From: an uncultured delta proteobacterium
GTDB taxonomy: Bacteria > Desulfobacterota > Binatia > UBA9968
NCBI GenBank assembly: GCA_963816145.1
Contig: CAWFJP010000005.1
Location: forward strand, 347,109 to 411,108
Length of the DNA stretch: 64,000 nt
Direction: 5' to 3'
The notes under the pieces were generated by a model. That model saw only the letters and a program-made list of their open reading frames with translations. It was not told the DNA's origin and did no database searches. The position numbers and the translations under genes were made by a program. Within the stretch, counting starts at the first letter, position 1. Every line of letters starts with the position of its first letter. Of this stretch, positions 8,001 to 16,607 are shown in pieces.

Positions 8001-9272
8001 ATGCGTGTCGTACATTACGTCAATCAATTTTTCGGTGGGCTCGGCGGTGAAGAACACGCAGGAAATGCGCTTGAAATTCGCGATGGTGCGGTGGGGCCGG
8101 GCAAGTTGCTGGAACAACTCTTTGGCAACGACTGCCAAGTGGTGATGACGTTGGTCTGCGGCGATAACTACGCTGTGGAGAATCTGGAGGCGTTGACGGC
8201 CGCTGTATTGGAAAAAATTCGCGCTGCCCAGGCCGATCTGTTTGTCGCCGGGCCATGCTTTCTAGCGGGGCGATACGGCCTGGCGGCGGGGGCGCTGTGC
8301 GCGGCCGCGCAGGCGACATTGAAAATTCCCGTCATCACCGCCATGGCGGCGGAGAATCCCGGCGCCGATCTCTACCGCGAGTTCATGTATATCGTCGACT
8401 CCGGTGACAATAGCGCTAAGATGCGCGAGGTGTTGACGCGAATGGCGGCCATGGCACAGAAGCTCATGCGTCATGAGATCATCGGCAGCCCCAAGGATGA
8501 AGGCTATCTCGTGCGCGGATTGATCCGCGATGAATTTGTCGAGCTATCCGCCGGCCAGCGCTTGGTCGATATGGTGCTCAAGAAAGTGCGCGGCGAGCCC
8601 TTCGAGAGCGAAATGAGTCCGACCACCTTCGCGCCGGTACCGAAGCCGCCGGCGATCGCCGATCTGACAAAAGCCAAGGTGATGCTGGTTACCGACGGCG
8701 GGCTGGTGCCGAAGGGCAATCCAGACAAGATCCAGGGCTCGGCGGCGACTCGCTGGGGCGTGTACAGTGTCAAAGGTTGCCAAGATTTGGATGGCGCCGA
8801 CTACGAGATCTCCCACGGCGGCTATGATCCGCAGTTCGTGCGCCAGGATCCGGATCGGCTGGTGCCGCTGGATGTCATGCGCGAACTGGAACGGGAGGGC
8901 GTCATCGGCGAGTTGCACGAAGAGTTTATTTCCACTTCGGGTCTGTCTAATCCATTGTCGAACACCCGGCGCATGGGACGGGAGATGGCAGCCAAGGCGA
9001 AGCAGCTGGGCATCGACGCGATCATTCTGACTTCAACGTGAGGCACCAGCACTCGCAGCGGCGCTGCGATCACTACGGAATTGGAAAAGGCCGGTATTCC
9101 CACGGTGCAGATTACCGCCGCGTTGCCCGTGGCGAAGATGGTCGGCGCCAATCGGTTGGTGCTCGGCAATGGTATCGTCCATGTGGTGGGCGATGCCAAG
9201 GTATCGAAAGAGGACGAAAAGAAGCTGCGGCGCCGCTTGGTGGAGCAGGCTCTCGCGGCGATGCAAAAGTAA
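8001..9272 (+). CDS. Glycine/sarcosine/betaine reductase selenoprotein B family protein (GrdB/F/H-like), 423 aa, Sec at TGA 9039-9041
   Basis: MRVVHYVNQFFGG, AGPCFLAGRYG, VTDGGLVPKGNPD, HGGYD, DPDRLVPLD; ILTST-TGA-GTSTRSGA continues in frame into ORF 9081-9272 (EKAGIPTVQIT, VGANR). Confidence 0.92.
9053..9069 (+). promoter_or_regulatory. Bacterial SECIS-like hairpin
   Basis: TCGCAGC-GGC-GCTGCGA beginning after an 11-nt spacer following the in-frame TGA; G-containing apical loop. Confidence 0.75.
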
Positions 9273-9522
9273 TAGCCGATGGAATCGCGTCCATAATTTT
9301 GCCCGTTATCGGCCATTGCGCAGGGGTTCTTCGCCGAGGCCCGTAAAGATTGTCCAGTTCCTTGACTTGCTTCGAAGGCTGCTTTGGCTATTGATCGAGT
9401 ATGGCATTATAATCAGCAACGAACCGAGTGAGCTTCGCCGGTGGAGGCAGGCCAAGTGGCGAATACATCAATTTCCCAACTCTATGCCAGGACAATACCA
9501 AATCGCCGATTAGAGATCGCGA

Positions 9523-10662
9523 ATGAAACGTAGATTGATTGGACCGACGGTCATCGCCACGACGCTTTGCCTAGTGCTGTTGCAGCACCGTTTTTTTGGC
9601 GACAAAGGTTGGAGTCTCCTCGGGGTTCTGGGAAAAGTCCTGTCCGTCGTGGGTGCGATCCTTACGCCGCCCGAATCGGTCAGCAGCTTTTTTTATACTA
9701 ATCTCGCGTTGCCGCTGGCGGTCGTTGTTACGGCGCTGGTTGTGCTTTGGATGATTCTAGCCGGCGCCCGGAAGACGATGCGTCAAGTGACCCCCGACGC
9801 GGAGGCGCCGATCTGGGAACTCCCCGTCACCAGCGATACCACTTCGGAGAGCGAACCGTTGGACGACGCGCCTGAATTGTCTTGGTCGCTGCCAGCCTAT
9901 CGCTTCAATTGTCTACGCAGCAAGCTGGTCCTGGGATTTCTCGCGATCAGCCTGTTCGTCGTGGTCGCGGCTGCGTCATTCACTTACAGCTATTTACATC
10001 GCGCGGTGGAGGGCGGCGCCAAGGCGCGCGCAGGCATCACCGCGATGGCGGTCAACGCCACGGCGGTTTGGCATGTCGATGGAAAGAGGTATCAGGAGCT
10101 GCGCGACGAATTGGTCAAGACGACGACCCGACCAGCGGTCGCCTACGCCTATGTCGAGGACAGTGATGGCGAGTTGATTGCTCACGCTCCGAAAGATCTG
10201 CCGAATCATTTGATTCGCCGGCCGTTGTTGGAGCCGCGCCTGATGACTGGCGAACAGTTGGTGGGTTATCGCAACGAGATCGTCTACGACTACGCCCAGC
10301 GCAGTGGCTTGAACAATCGATTCGTCGTCCATCTGGGAATCTGGCAGGACTCGGTGGTGGCCGAGACATGGTCAGTGTTGGGGCCGATCTTGCTTGCGGT
10401 CATTTTGTTGATACTCTGCGCCGCGGCGGTGTTTCTCGTTATGTTGCGGGACCTGCACCGGCCGCTGCTTGAGCTGGTCGAACAGTCGACGCGCATTAGC
10501 AAAGGCAATTTTTCCGTGGCCCTGGCAACCAAGCGGGACGATGAACTGGGAGATCTGGCTCGCTCGTTGGAACGCATGAGATCGAGTTTGCGCGCAGTGC
10601 TTTCCCGTATTGGCACGGAACCTACGGCGACTCCGTCGGAGCGGCAGAGGCGATCGTTTTAG
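9523..10662 (+). CDS. Membrane protein with sensor region and C-terminal HAMP domain, no output domain
   Basis: Several TM segments; RPLLEL...ISKGNF...DDELGDLARSLERMR HAMP, then stop. Confidence 0.7.
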   Translation: MKRRLIGPTVIATTLCLVLLQHRFFGDKGWSLLGVLGKVLSVVGAILTPPESVSSFFYTNLALPLAVVVTALVVLWMILAGARKTMRQVTPDAEAPIWELPVTSDTTSESEPLDDAPELSWSLPAYRFNCLRSKLVLGFLAISLFVVVAAASFTYSYLHRAVEGGAKARAGITAMAVNATAVWHVDGKRYQELRDELVKTTTRPAVAYAYVEDSDGELIAHAPKDLPNHLIRRPLLEPRLMTGEQLVGYRNEIVYDYAQRSGLNNRFVVHLGIWQDSVVAETWSVLGPILLAVILLILCAAAVFLVMLRDLHRPLLELVEQSTRISKGNFSVALATKRDDELGDLARSLERMRSSLRAVLSRIGTEPTATPSERQRRSF

Positions 10663-10799
10663 TCGTCCGAAGAGCCGATCGCCATGCGCTAGCTATCAGG
10701 CGGAACCAGTTTGACTGAGCTCTGATCGCGGTCGTCGTCCACTTCCGCCTGGGGCCAGAAGAAATCCCAACACAATCGCTTGACGACATTGCGCGCTGG

Positions 10800-11801
10800 T
10801 CATTTTCCGGTGTAGATTTCTTTGACGAAGCCGGAACTCTCCAACTCTTGAAGTAAGCGGTTGTCGTAGAAATCCTTGGGATTGGCCGCGGCGGCTTTGG
10901 GGTGGTCGGTCACCGAAAGCGCGGCTCGGATGGCGTCATCGGTGACGTACGGCACCCGTGGAAACAGCTGGGCAAAGCTGCGGTAGGCTTCGTCGATGAT
11001 TTCTTGATCTTTTGACGCGAGATATTTGCCGATGGCGCGCTTGGAAATATCCGGCTGCTCGATCGACAGTTTCAACCCGACCACCATCGCTTTTAGAAAT
11101 CCCCGCACGACATCGGGACTTTGCTGGATCGCCGAACGGCGCACGGCTAATCCCATGAATGGATAGGGCAGCTTGAGCGCGCCGATGTTGACCAGTTCCT
11201 TGAAGCCCAAGCGGCGCGCCATCAACGTCGTCGGCGCCGAGTGGACCGCGGCTTGGACGATGCCTTGATTCAACGCCGCCAGCGCGTCTTCCTGGCGCGA
11301 GAAGTAGAGTACCTTCATATCCTGCTGGGTCATTTTGTATTGTCTCAAAAGGGCGATAGCGGCATGGTCGGAAGACGCGCCTTTGGTGATGACGCCGAGC
11401 ACTTTGCCGCGCAGGTCGGGCACCTCTTTGATCTCCGGACGGGCGTACAAAGAAAACGCATAGGTCGCCACCGGCATGCCGACATAAATAAACTCGGCGC
11501 CGCTCAACATGGCGTTGACCGCCGCGCCGCCGGTCATGGCGATATCGACCGCGCCGGACAGCATCGATTGCGTCAAGCGGACGCCGCCGGGGATGTAGAC
11601 GGGCTTGATGTCAAGGTTGTATTTCTGATCGATCTTGCTGTCGGCGATGTTCCACAGCGGCGTCTGGCCGCCGTTCAGTTGCGGGTAGCCGACGCGGATC
11701 GTCGTCGGCGCGGCGGCGTGGAGAGAATTGGCCGCAAAGAGCGCAAAGGTCGCAAAAAATATTGCCATAACAAGACTGCTCAACAATTTTGATGATACCA
11801 T
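10800..11801 (-). CDS. ABC substrate-binding protein, NMT1/THI5/SsuA-like
   Basis: Signal peptide; DLRGKVLGV, DFYDNRLLQELESSGF. Confidence 0.85.
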   Translation of the reverse strand: MVSSKLLSSLVMAIFFATFALFAANSLHAAAPTTIRVGYPQLNGGQTPLWNIADSKIDQKYNLDIKPVYIPGGVRLTQSMLSGAVDIAMTGGAAVNAMLSGAEFIYVGMPVATYAFSLYARPEIKEVPDLRGKVLGVITKGASSDHAAIALLRQYKMTQQDMKVLYFSRQEDALAALNQGIVQAAVHSAPTTLMARRLGFKELVNIGALKLPYPFMGLAVRRSAIQQSPDVVRGFLKAMVVGLKLSIEQPDISKRAIGKYLASKDQEIIDEAYRSFAQLFPRVPYVTDDAIRAALSVTDHPKAAAANPKDFYDNRLLQELESSGFVKEIYTGK

Positions 11802-11943
11802 GAGTTGTGGAGCCCCCCGCGGTTTGGCGTTGCGATTGTTCACTGACTACTTAGCAGGAAAATCCTATCTCGACAAAGCTCTTGTCGGAGAGTGCGGGTC
11901 TGGAGTATTGGTGGACATCGCCATGGCATACAAGATCAAGATC

Positions 11944-12948
11944 ATGTTCACCACGAGGGACACGAAGATCACGAAGGGTTTCGTTGCGGTTTTTACCGCG
12001 CTTCTCTTCATAGGTGGATTCAGACCGGCTAACGCTTTGGACAATGTGCGCGTTGCGACCGCTTCACTGACTTCACCGTCGATTCTCTACCTCCTAGTCG
12101 CCCAGAAGGAGGGTTACTTCAAGAACGAAGGACTCAACGTCGAGATCCTCAACATTCGCGGCGAGCTCGCCGCGAAGATCACGTCGGTCGGTGAAATCGA
12201 TTTCTTTACTCAGGGATTTAGCGGTTTGAACGCGGCGGTGCGAGGCTTGCAGCTCAAAGTTATCATGGTCGTCGACGAGAAGCCGGACTGGGATTTTATC
12301 ACCCAGCCGCAGATCAAGACTTTTGCGCAACTGAAAGGCGGCGCCGTCGGCATCCTTTCCATCGGCGGCACGGTCGCGGTGGTGACCCGCGAGATGCTGC
12401 GGCGCAATAACCTGGACCCGGCGAAGGATGTCAACTTGATGGTTATGGGCGGCAACGACATGCGCTTCATCTCGCTCAAGGGCAAAGTGATCGGGGCCAC
12501 GCTCCTGGACGCCGCCAATAGTTATCGCGCGCAGAAAGATGGCTTCTACAAATTGGCGGCGGCTAGTGATTACGTGAGCGAGTATATGAGCGGCGGGATC
12601 GTCACTTCGACGGAACGGATCAAGCAGGCCCCGGATAAGGTCGCCCGCTTCATGACCGGCGCCCTCAAGGGTTACCTATTCTTTACCACGCGTCGCGAAC
12701 CATCGATCAACTACATGATGCAATTCTTGAAGACCAAGGATAGGGAAGCGGTCAGCGCGATTTACGACGCCAGCGTGAAAGTCATGACCCGGGACGGCAT
12801 GATTGAGGAAAAGGTGCTGCAAGCCGTGATCGATGAAGCCCAGCGTGGCGCTGGAGTGAAAAAGGATGTTCGCACCGCGGATTATTTCGACTTCAGTTTT
12901 CTACGGAAGGCGCGGGAGCAATTGAGGGTGAGCGGGTGGAAGCCGTGA
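11944..12948 (+). CDS. ABC substrate-binding protein, NMT1/THI5/SsuA-like
   Basis: QKEGYFKNEGLNVE, FDFSFL; start uncertain (11923 or 11944). Confidence 0.85.
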   Translation: MFTTRDTKITKGFVAVFTALLFIGGFRPANALDNVRVATASLTSPSILYLLVAQKEGYFKNEGLNVEILNIRGELAAKITSVGEIDFFTQGFSGLNAAVRGLQLKVIMVVDEKPDWDFITQPQIKTFAQLKGGAVGILSIGGTVAVVTREMLRRNNLDPAKDVNLMVMGGNDMRFISLKGKVIGATLLDAANSYRAQKDGFYKLAAASDYVSEYMSGGIVTSTERIKQAPDKVARFMTGALKGYLFFTTRREPSINYMMQFLKTKDREAVSAIYDASVKVMTRDGMIEEKVLQAVIDEAQRGAGVKKDVRTADYFDFSFLRKAREQLRVSGWKP

Positions 12949-12971
12949 GCGTATTTCCAGATTAAAGGCGC

Positions 12972-13229
12972 TCAGCTCGACTTCGAGCGTTCCCGCGCAC
13001 AATCTACACACTCGGCTAAGGTAACGTCGGGGTTGTCAAACGCTTGCCGCGACAAAGTGTGCCCATAAAGATTTTTGCCTTCGACAACGTAGCGACCAGG
13101 CGGAACCTCGATTACCCGAAAGTACCAACTATCGACTAAGCCCGAGATCGGATAATCCCGAGTCAATTTGAGATTGTCACAGCTTAGATGGATTTCTTCA
13201 CCGCCACTTTTCTTGAATTGAAGTAACAA
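12972..13229 (-). CDS. Hypothetical protein
   Basis: Fills the gap after the upstream operon, protein-like composition; start uncertain. Confidence 0.45.
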   Translation of the reverse strand: MLLQFKKSGGEEIHLSCDNLKLTRDYPISGLVDSWYFRVIEVPPGRYVVEGKNLYGHTLSRQAFDNPDVTLAECVDCARERSKSS

Positions 13230-13268
13230 GAATGTTTGGTCGCAGACAATTCGTTTAAAAGCTGTTCA

Positions 13269-14333
13269 CTACCGCTCCAACAGCCCCGTCAGCTGCACGA
13301 GTTCTTCAAACCTTGCGCCCCATTTGTCCGCGTCGGGAACCAGGGTTTTGCGGTTGCCGACTTCGTCGGTGGCGCCGGTGGCGAGGTCTTTGTGGGCCGG
13401 CCAGCGGGTTTGGCGGTAGGCGATCTCTTGGCCTTTTTTCGACAGCATGAAGTCGACCAGCAGGGCGGCAGCGTAGGGATGCGGCGGGCGGGCGGCGAGG
13501 ACGAACGCCGATGCGGCTTTTACCGGGACAAACGGTTCGGGGAAAAGATAGTCGATCGGCGCGCCGGCTTTCTTGAGCGCCACTGCTTCGTGATGGTGCG
13601 CGTCGATCTGCACGGGAAACTCGCCGGCGGTGACCAATTGTGAGACCAGTGTGCGTCCTTTGCGGATGTTCAATTGCTGCGCGCCAAGGCTACGGGCGAT
13701 CTGTTTGCCGCGTTCGTCGCCGTAGTAGTCCATGATCGCGGCCAGCCAGTCGTCGGCGTCTTTGTCCATGCCGAGTTTGCCTTTCCAGCGCGGCTGCAAC
13801 AGATCTTCGATGGATTTCGGCGCCTGCGCGCGGGTCACCTGTTTGTTGTTGTAAAGGTAGACTAGAAGAGACGCCCAGATGCCGTTGAAATAACCTTCCT
13901 TGTCGGTGAAACCGGCGCGCAGGGCGCGGCGGTAGGGCGTGTCGAAGCGCATCACCGCGTTGGCTTTTTTTAGTGTGTAGAGCGCCGAGCTGCGCACGTT
14001 CATGGTGTCGTAGTTGAATTTGCCGGCGCGATATTCGGTCATGATGCGGTTGAGCAAGCTTTGGGGTCCGCCAGTTAAGATCTCAACTTTTAGAAATGGA
14101 TATTCCGTTTCAAAAATGCTGGTGAACTCGCGCAAGGATTCGCGATTCATCGGCGCATACCAAATTACGGTACGCTCGTTCTTCGCTTCGCGCACCAGAG
14201 TCGCTTGGCGTTCCGCCGCCGGCAGTTGATTGATCTTGGCGAGGGTTTCTTCAGGCGTCGCGGCTAGGGCGCGGGTTGGCGCATTGGCGAGACAGGCGCC
14301 GAGGACTAAAAATGTCAGTAGGCGGGACCGCAT
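13269..14333 (-). CDS. ABC extracellular solute-binding protein (Fe3+-type)
   Basis: Signal peptide; DLLQPRWKGK, PPHPYAAALLVDFMLSKKGQ; AGGAGG RBS. Confidence 0.85.
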   Translation of the reverse strand: MRSRLLTFLVLGACLANAPTRALAATPEETLAKINQLPAAERQATLVREAKNERTVIWYAPMNRESLREFTSIFETEYPFLKVEILTGGPQSLLNRIMTEYRAGKFNYDTMNVRSSALYTLKKANAVMRFDTPYRRALRAGFTDKEGYFNGIWASLLVYLYNNKQVTRAQAPKSIEDLLQPRWKGKLGMDKDADDWLAAIMDYYGDERGKQIARSLGAQQLNIRKGRTLVSQLVTAGEFPVQIDAHHHEAVALKKAGAPIDYLFPEPFVPVKAASAFVLAARPPHPYAAALLVDFMLSKKGQEIAYRQTRWPAHKDLATGATDEVGNRKTLVPDADKWGARFEELVQLTGLLER

Positions 14334-14360
14334 GGTGTTCCTCCTTTGTGCTGGGAGCTG

Positions 14361-14861
14361 TTAGATCGGTCCGTCGAGGCGCCAGGATTTACCCACCAGC
14401 CGCGCGATCGGCGGAACTTGATCATCGATGTGCGCGGCGACCGCCTGGCCGACGAAAAGATATAAGCCTTCGACTTCCATTTCCTTGACGAGCTTGCACT
14501 CAACGTTGGCGTGGCAACCCTTGACCAGCGGCGCCTGCACGACTTTGGCCGGCAGGGTTTCTAAGCCGAGGGCGACAAATTTGTCGTCGACGTCGCGACC
14601 GGACATGTCGCGGCTTTTGTCGACGGCCCGCAGTTGCTCGGTGGAACAAACGTTGACGACGAATTCTCCGCTTTTCTGGATCACTTCGCGGCTGAAATTC
14701 TTGTCTTGAATGCCGATCATTAGGAGCGGCGGTTCGTCGCCGATCCCGAGAGCGCGAAAGGCAAACTGCACGTTGCGCTTGCCCTGGTGGGCGGTGGAGA
14801 TCAAATAGAGGCCGGTGGGTGTGACCCGATAGGCGTTCTTTAGATTGAGTTCTTTGAGCAT
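14361..14861 (-). CDS. Flavin reductase family protein
   Basis: SGEFVVNV, DKF, APLVKGCHANVECKL, LFVGQAV. Confidence 0.85.
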   Translation of the reverse strand: MLKELNLKNAYRVTPTGLYLISTAHQGKRNVQFAFRALGIGDEPPLLMIGIQDKNFSREVIQKSGEFVVNVCSTEQLRAVDKSRDMSGRDVDDKFVALGLETLPAKVVQAPLVKGCHANVECKLVKEMEVEGLYLFVGQAVAAHIDDQVPPIARLVGKSWRLDGPI

Positions 14862-14879
14862 GGATTCTCCCGGGTCTGT

Positions 14880-15716
14880 TTATTTGCGTTCGCTACCGAG
14901 TCTTTTGTACCAGCTTTCGGTCGCGGCCGATTCCTTTTGCCGTGCGAAGAAGTCGCGGTCCGTGCCTTGACGTTTCAATTCAAGCAGCATTTCTCGCGCG
15001 GCGTTGGTGGCGGCAAGCGGAATGCTCGACGGCGTGAGTGCAATGCGAAAGCCGAGGGCGAAAAATTCCGCCGCGCTTATTTGCGCTTTGGGCCAAAGCG
15101 ATACGATTGGTGTGCGGATGCGGGCGCCGACATGGCGGAAGTCGGCGATATCGGTTAGTTGGACGCCGACCGCGTCGGCTCCGGCCGCAGCATATGCGGT
15201 CATTCTTTGACAAACTTGATCGAGCGATTCTTTCGGTCGGGAATCGCAACGGGCGATAATGACGAAGGCTGGATCGCGCCGGGCATCGACAGCGGCTTTG
15301 ATCTGGTCGACCACCGTGACAGTCGGCGCAATCGCCAGCTCCTCGGGTGCGGCGCCGTACTCATTGACCGCTGCGTCTTCGAAACGGACCGCCGCCGCGC
15401 CGGCGCGCTCGTAGAGCTTTAGCGCTCGGGTCAGTGCGATGGTTTCGGCGCAGATCGATCCGCCGTCGACAATCAGCGGAATGTCGGTGGCCTCCGAAAC
15501 CTGGCCAATGCGCTGGGCGACTTGTGTCGTGGTCAGAAGATTGCGGTCGGGCAGGCAAAAGTTTTTGTGAATGGCATTGCCGGAGAGGTGCACGGCGCTG
15601 TAGCCGCAGTCCTGCGCCAGTCGCGCGAATAGCGCGTCAGTGACACCGGGAGCGATGGCGCCCTTTGGATCATTGAGTAGCTCGCGCAACCGGGCGCGTT
15701 TCTGTTGATCGTTCAT
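14880..15716 (-). CDS. Isocitrate lyase/PEP mutase superfamily protein (divergent)
   Basis: PGVTDALFARL, IPLIVDG, AGAAAVRFED, IKAAVDAR, IIARCD, AGAD. Confidence 0.8.
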   Translation of the reverse strand: MNDQQKRARLRELLNDPKGAIAPGVTDALFARLAQDCGYSAVHLSGNAIHKNFCLPDRNLLTTTQVAQRIGQVSEATDIPLIVDGGSICAETIALTRALKLYERAGAAAVRFEDAAVNEYGAAPEELAIAPTVTVVDQIKAAVDARRDPAFVIIARCDSRPKESLDQVCQRMTAYAAAGADAVGVQLTDIADFRHVGARIRTPIVSLWPKAQISAAEFFALGFRIALTPSSIPLAATNAAREMLLELKRQGTDRDFFARQKESAATESWYKRLGSERK

Positions 15717-15727
15717 TTTGATTCGAT

Positions 15728-16558
15728 TTACTCCATGCCGTCGGTGATGAATTGGATGACGTAGCCCGCGGGGTCGTCCATATACGTGCCGCCACGGTCG
15801 GCGCTCGGCTCCTTGGCCGCGCCGCGGTCGCCGTTTTCAATGGCCAATTTGGCCAAGTGTTCGATGGCCTCGGACCATTTGGCTGTAGGTACATAAAAAG
15901 CAATATGGGGTCCGGGGACTTTTCGGCTCATCACGAGACCTTTCGAGGCGAACGGCGCTTTGGTCAGGATCAATGTCTGGCCGCTAGCCATCTTCAGGGT
16001 GGCTTGTTTACCGTCGGCGCTACGGCTTTGCACCTCGAAGCCGAGAACGTCGTGATAGAATTTGATCGACGCTTCGACATCCGGAGCTTCCAGCTCGATA
16101 TAGCCGACGCCGGTCATGCGGCCCGTGGCCGCGCTCGCGGCGGTGTTGACATCTTTCGGTAAATACACTGCGTAATGATTTCCAGCCGGGTCGGTAAAGA
16201 AAACTGTTTGCGCTGCGAATGGATGGCTATTTCCGACCGGCCCCGTGTAACTTACACCGAGCTGATTGAGGTCGGCTGCGAGTTGATCTAGCCCAGATTC
16301 CGTGGTCGTGAAGGAATAGGTCGGCAATCCGCGCGGACTACTCGGGCTTGGCCGGTCATCGCTTTGAAGGTAGACGCCCATGCGTTTGCCACCGATTTGA
16401 ATAAACGTATGCGGCACCGCGCCGCGCTTGCGTTGACGCACGTTGAGACCGTTACGTTTCCCGAGTACCCCGCCAAAAACACGGGCATAAAAATCCTCGG
16501 CGATGACGATATCATCGACGGGAACAACAAAATGATCGAGAGATTGAGCGATGGCCAT
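15728..16558 (-). CDS. Two-domain VOC (glyoxalase/extradiol dioxygenase-like) protein
   Basis: LDHFVVPVDD, FFTDPAGN, FYHDVLGF, HIAF, YMDDPAG. Confidence 0.85.
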   Translation of the reverse strand: MAIAQSLDHFVVPVDDIVIAEDFYARVFGGVLGKRNGLNVRQRKRGAVPHTFIQIGGKRMGVYLQSDDRPSPSSPRGLPTYSFTTTESGLDQLAADLNQLGVSYTGPVGNSHPFAAQTVFFTDPAGNHYAVYLPKDVNTAASAATGRMTGVGYIELEAPDVEASIKFYHDVLGFEVQSRSADGKQATLKMASGQTLILTKAPFASKGLVMSRKVPGPHIAFYVPTAKWSEAIEHLAKLAIENGDRGAAKEPSADRGGTYMDDPAGYVIQFITDGME

Positions 16559-16607
16559 GAGTTACTCCTACTACCTATTACTGTTGCCAAATGCCTATTG
16601 CCGCCGT

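Noticed and set aside
8001-9041. Truncated/pseudogene reading of the GrdB-like gene
   Set aside because: The TGA falls at the family's Sec position, the frame continues with conserved residues and a SECIS-like hairpin follows
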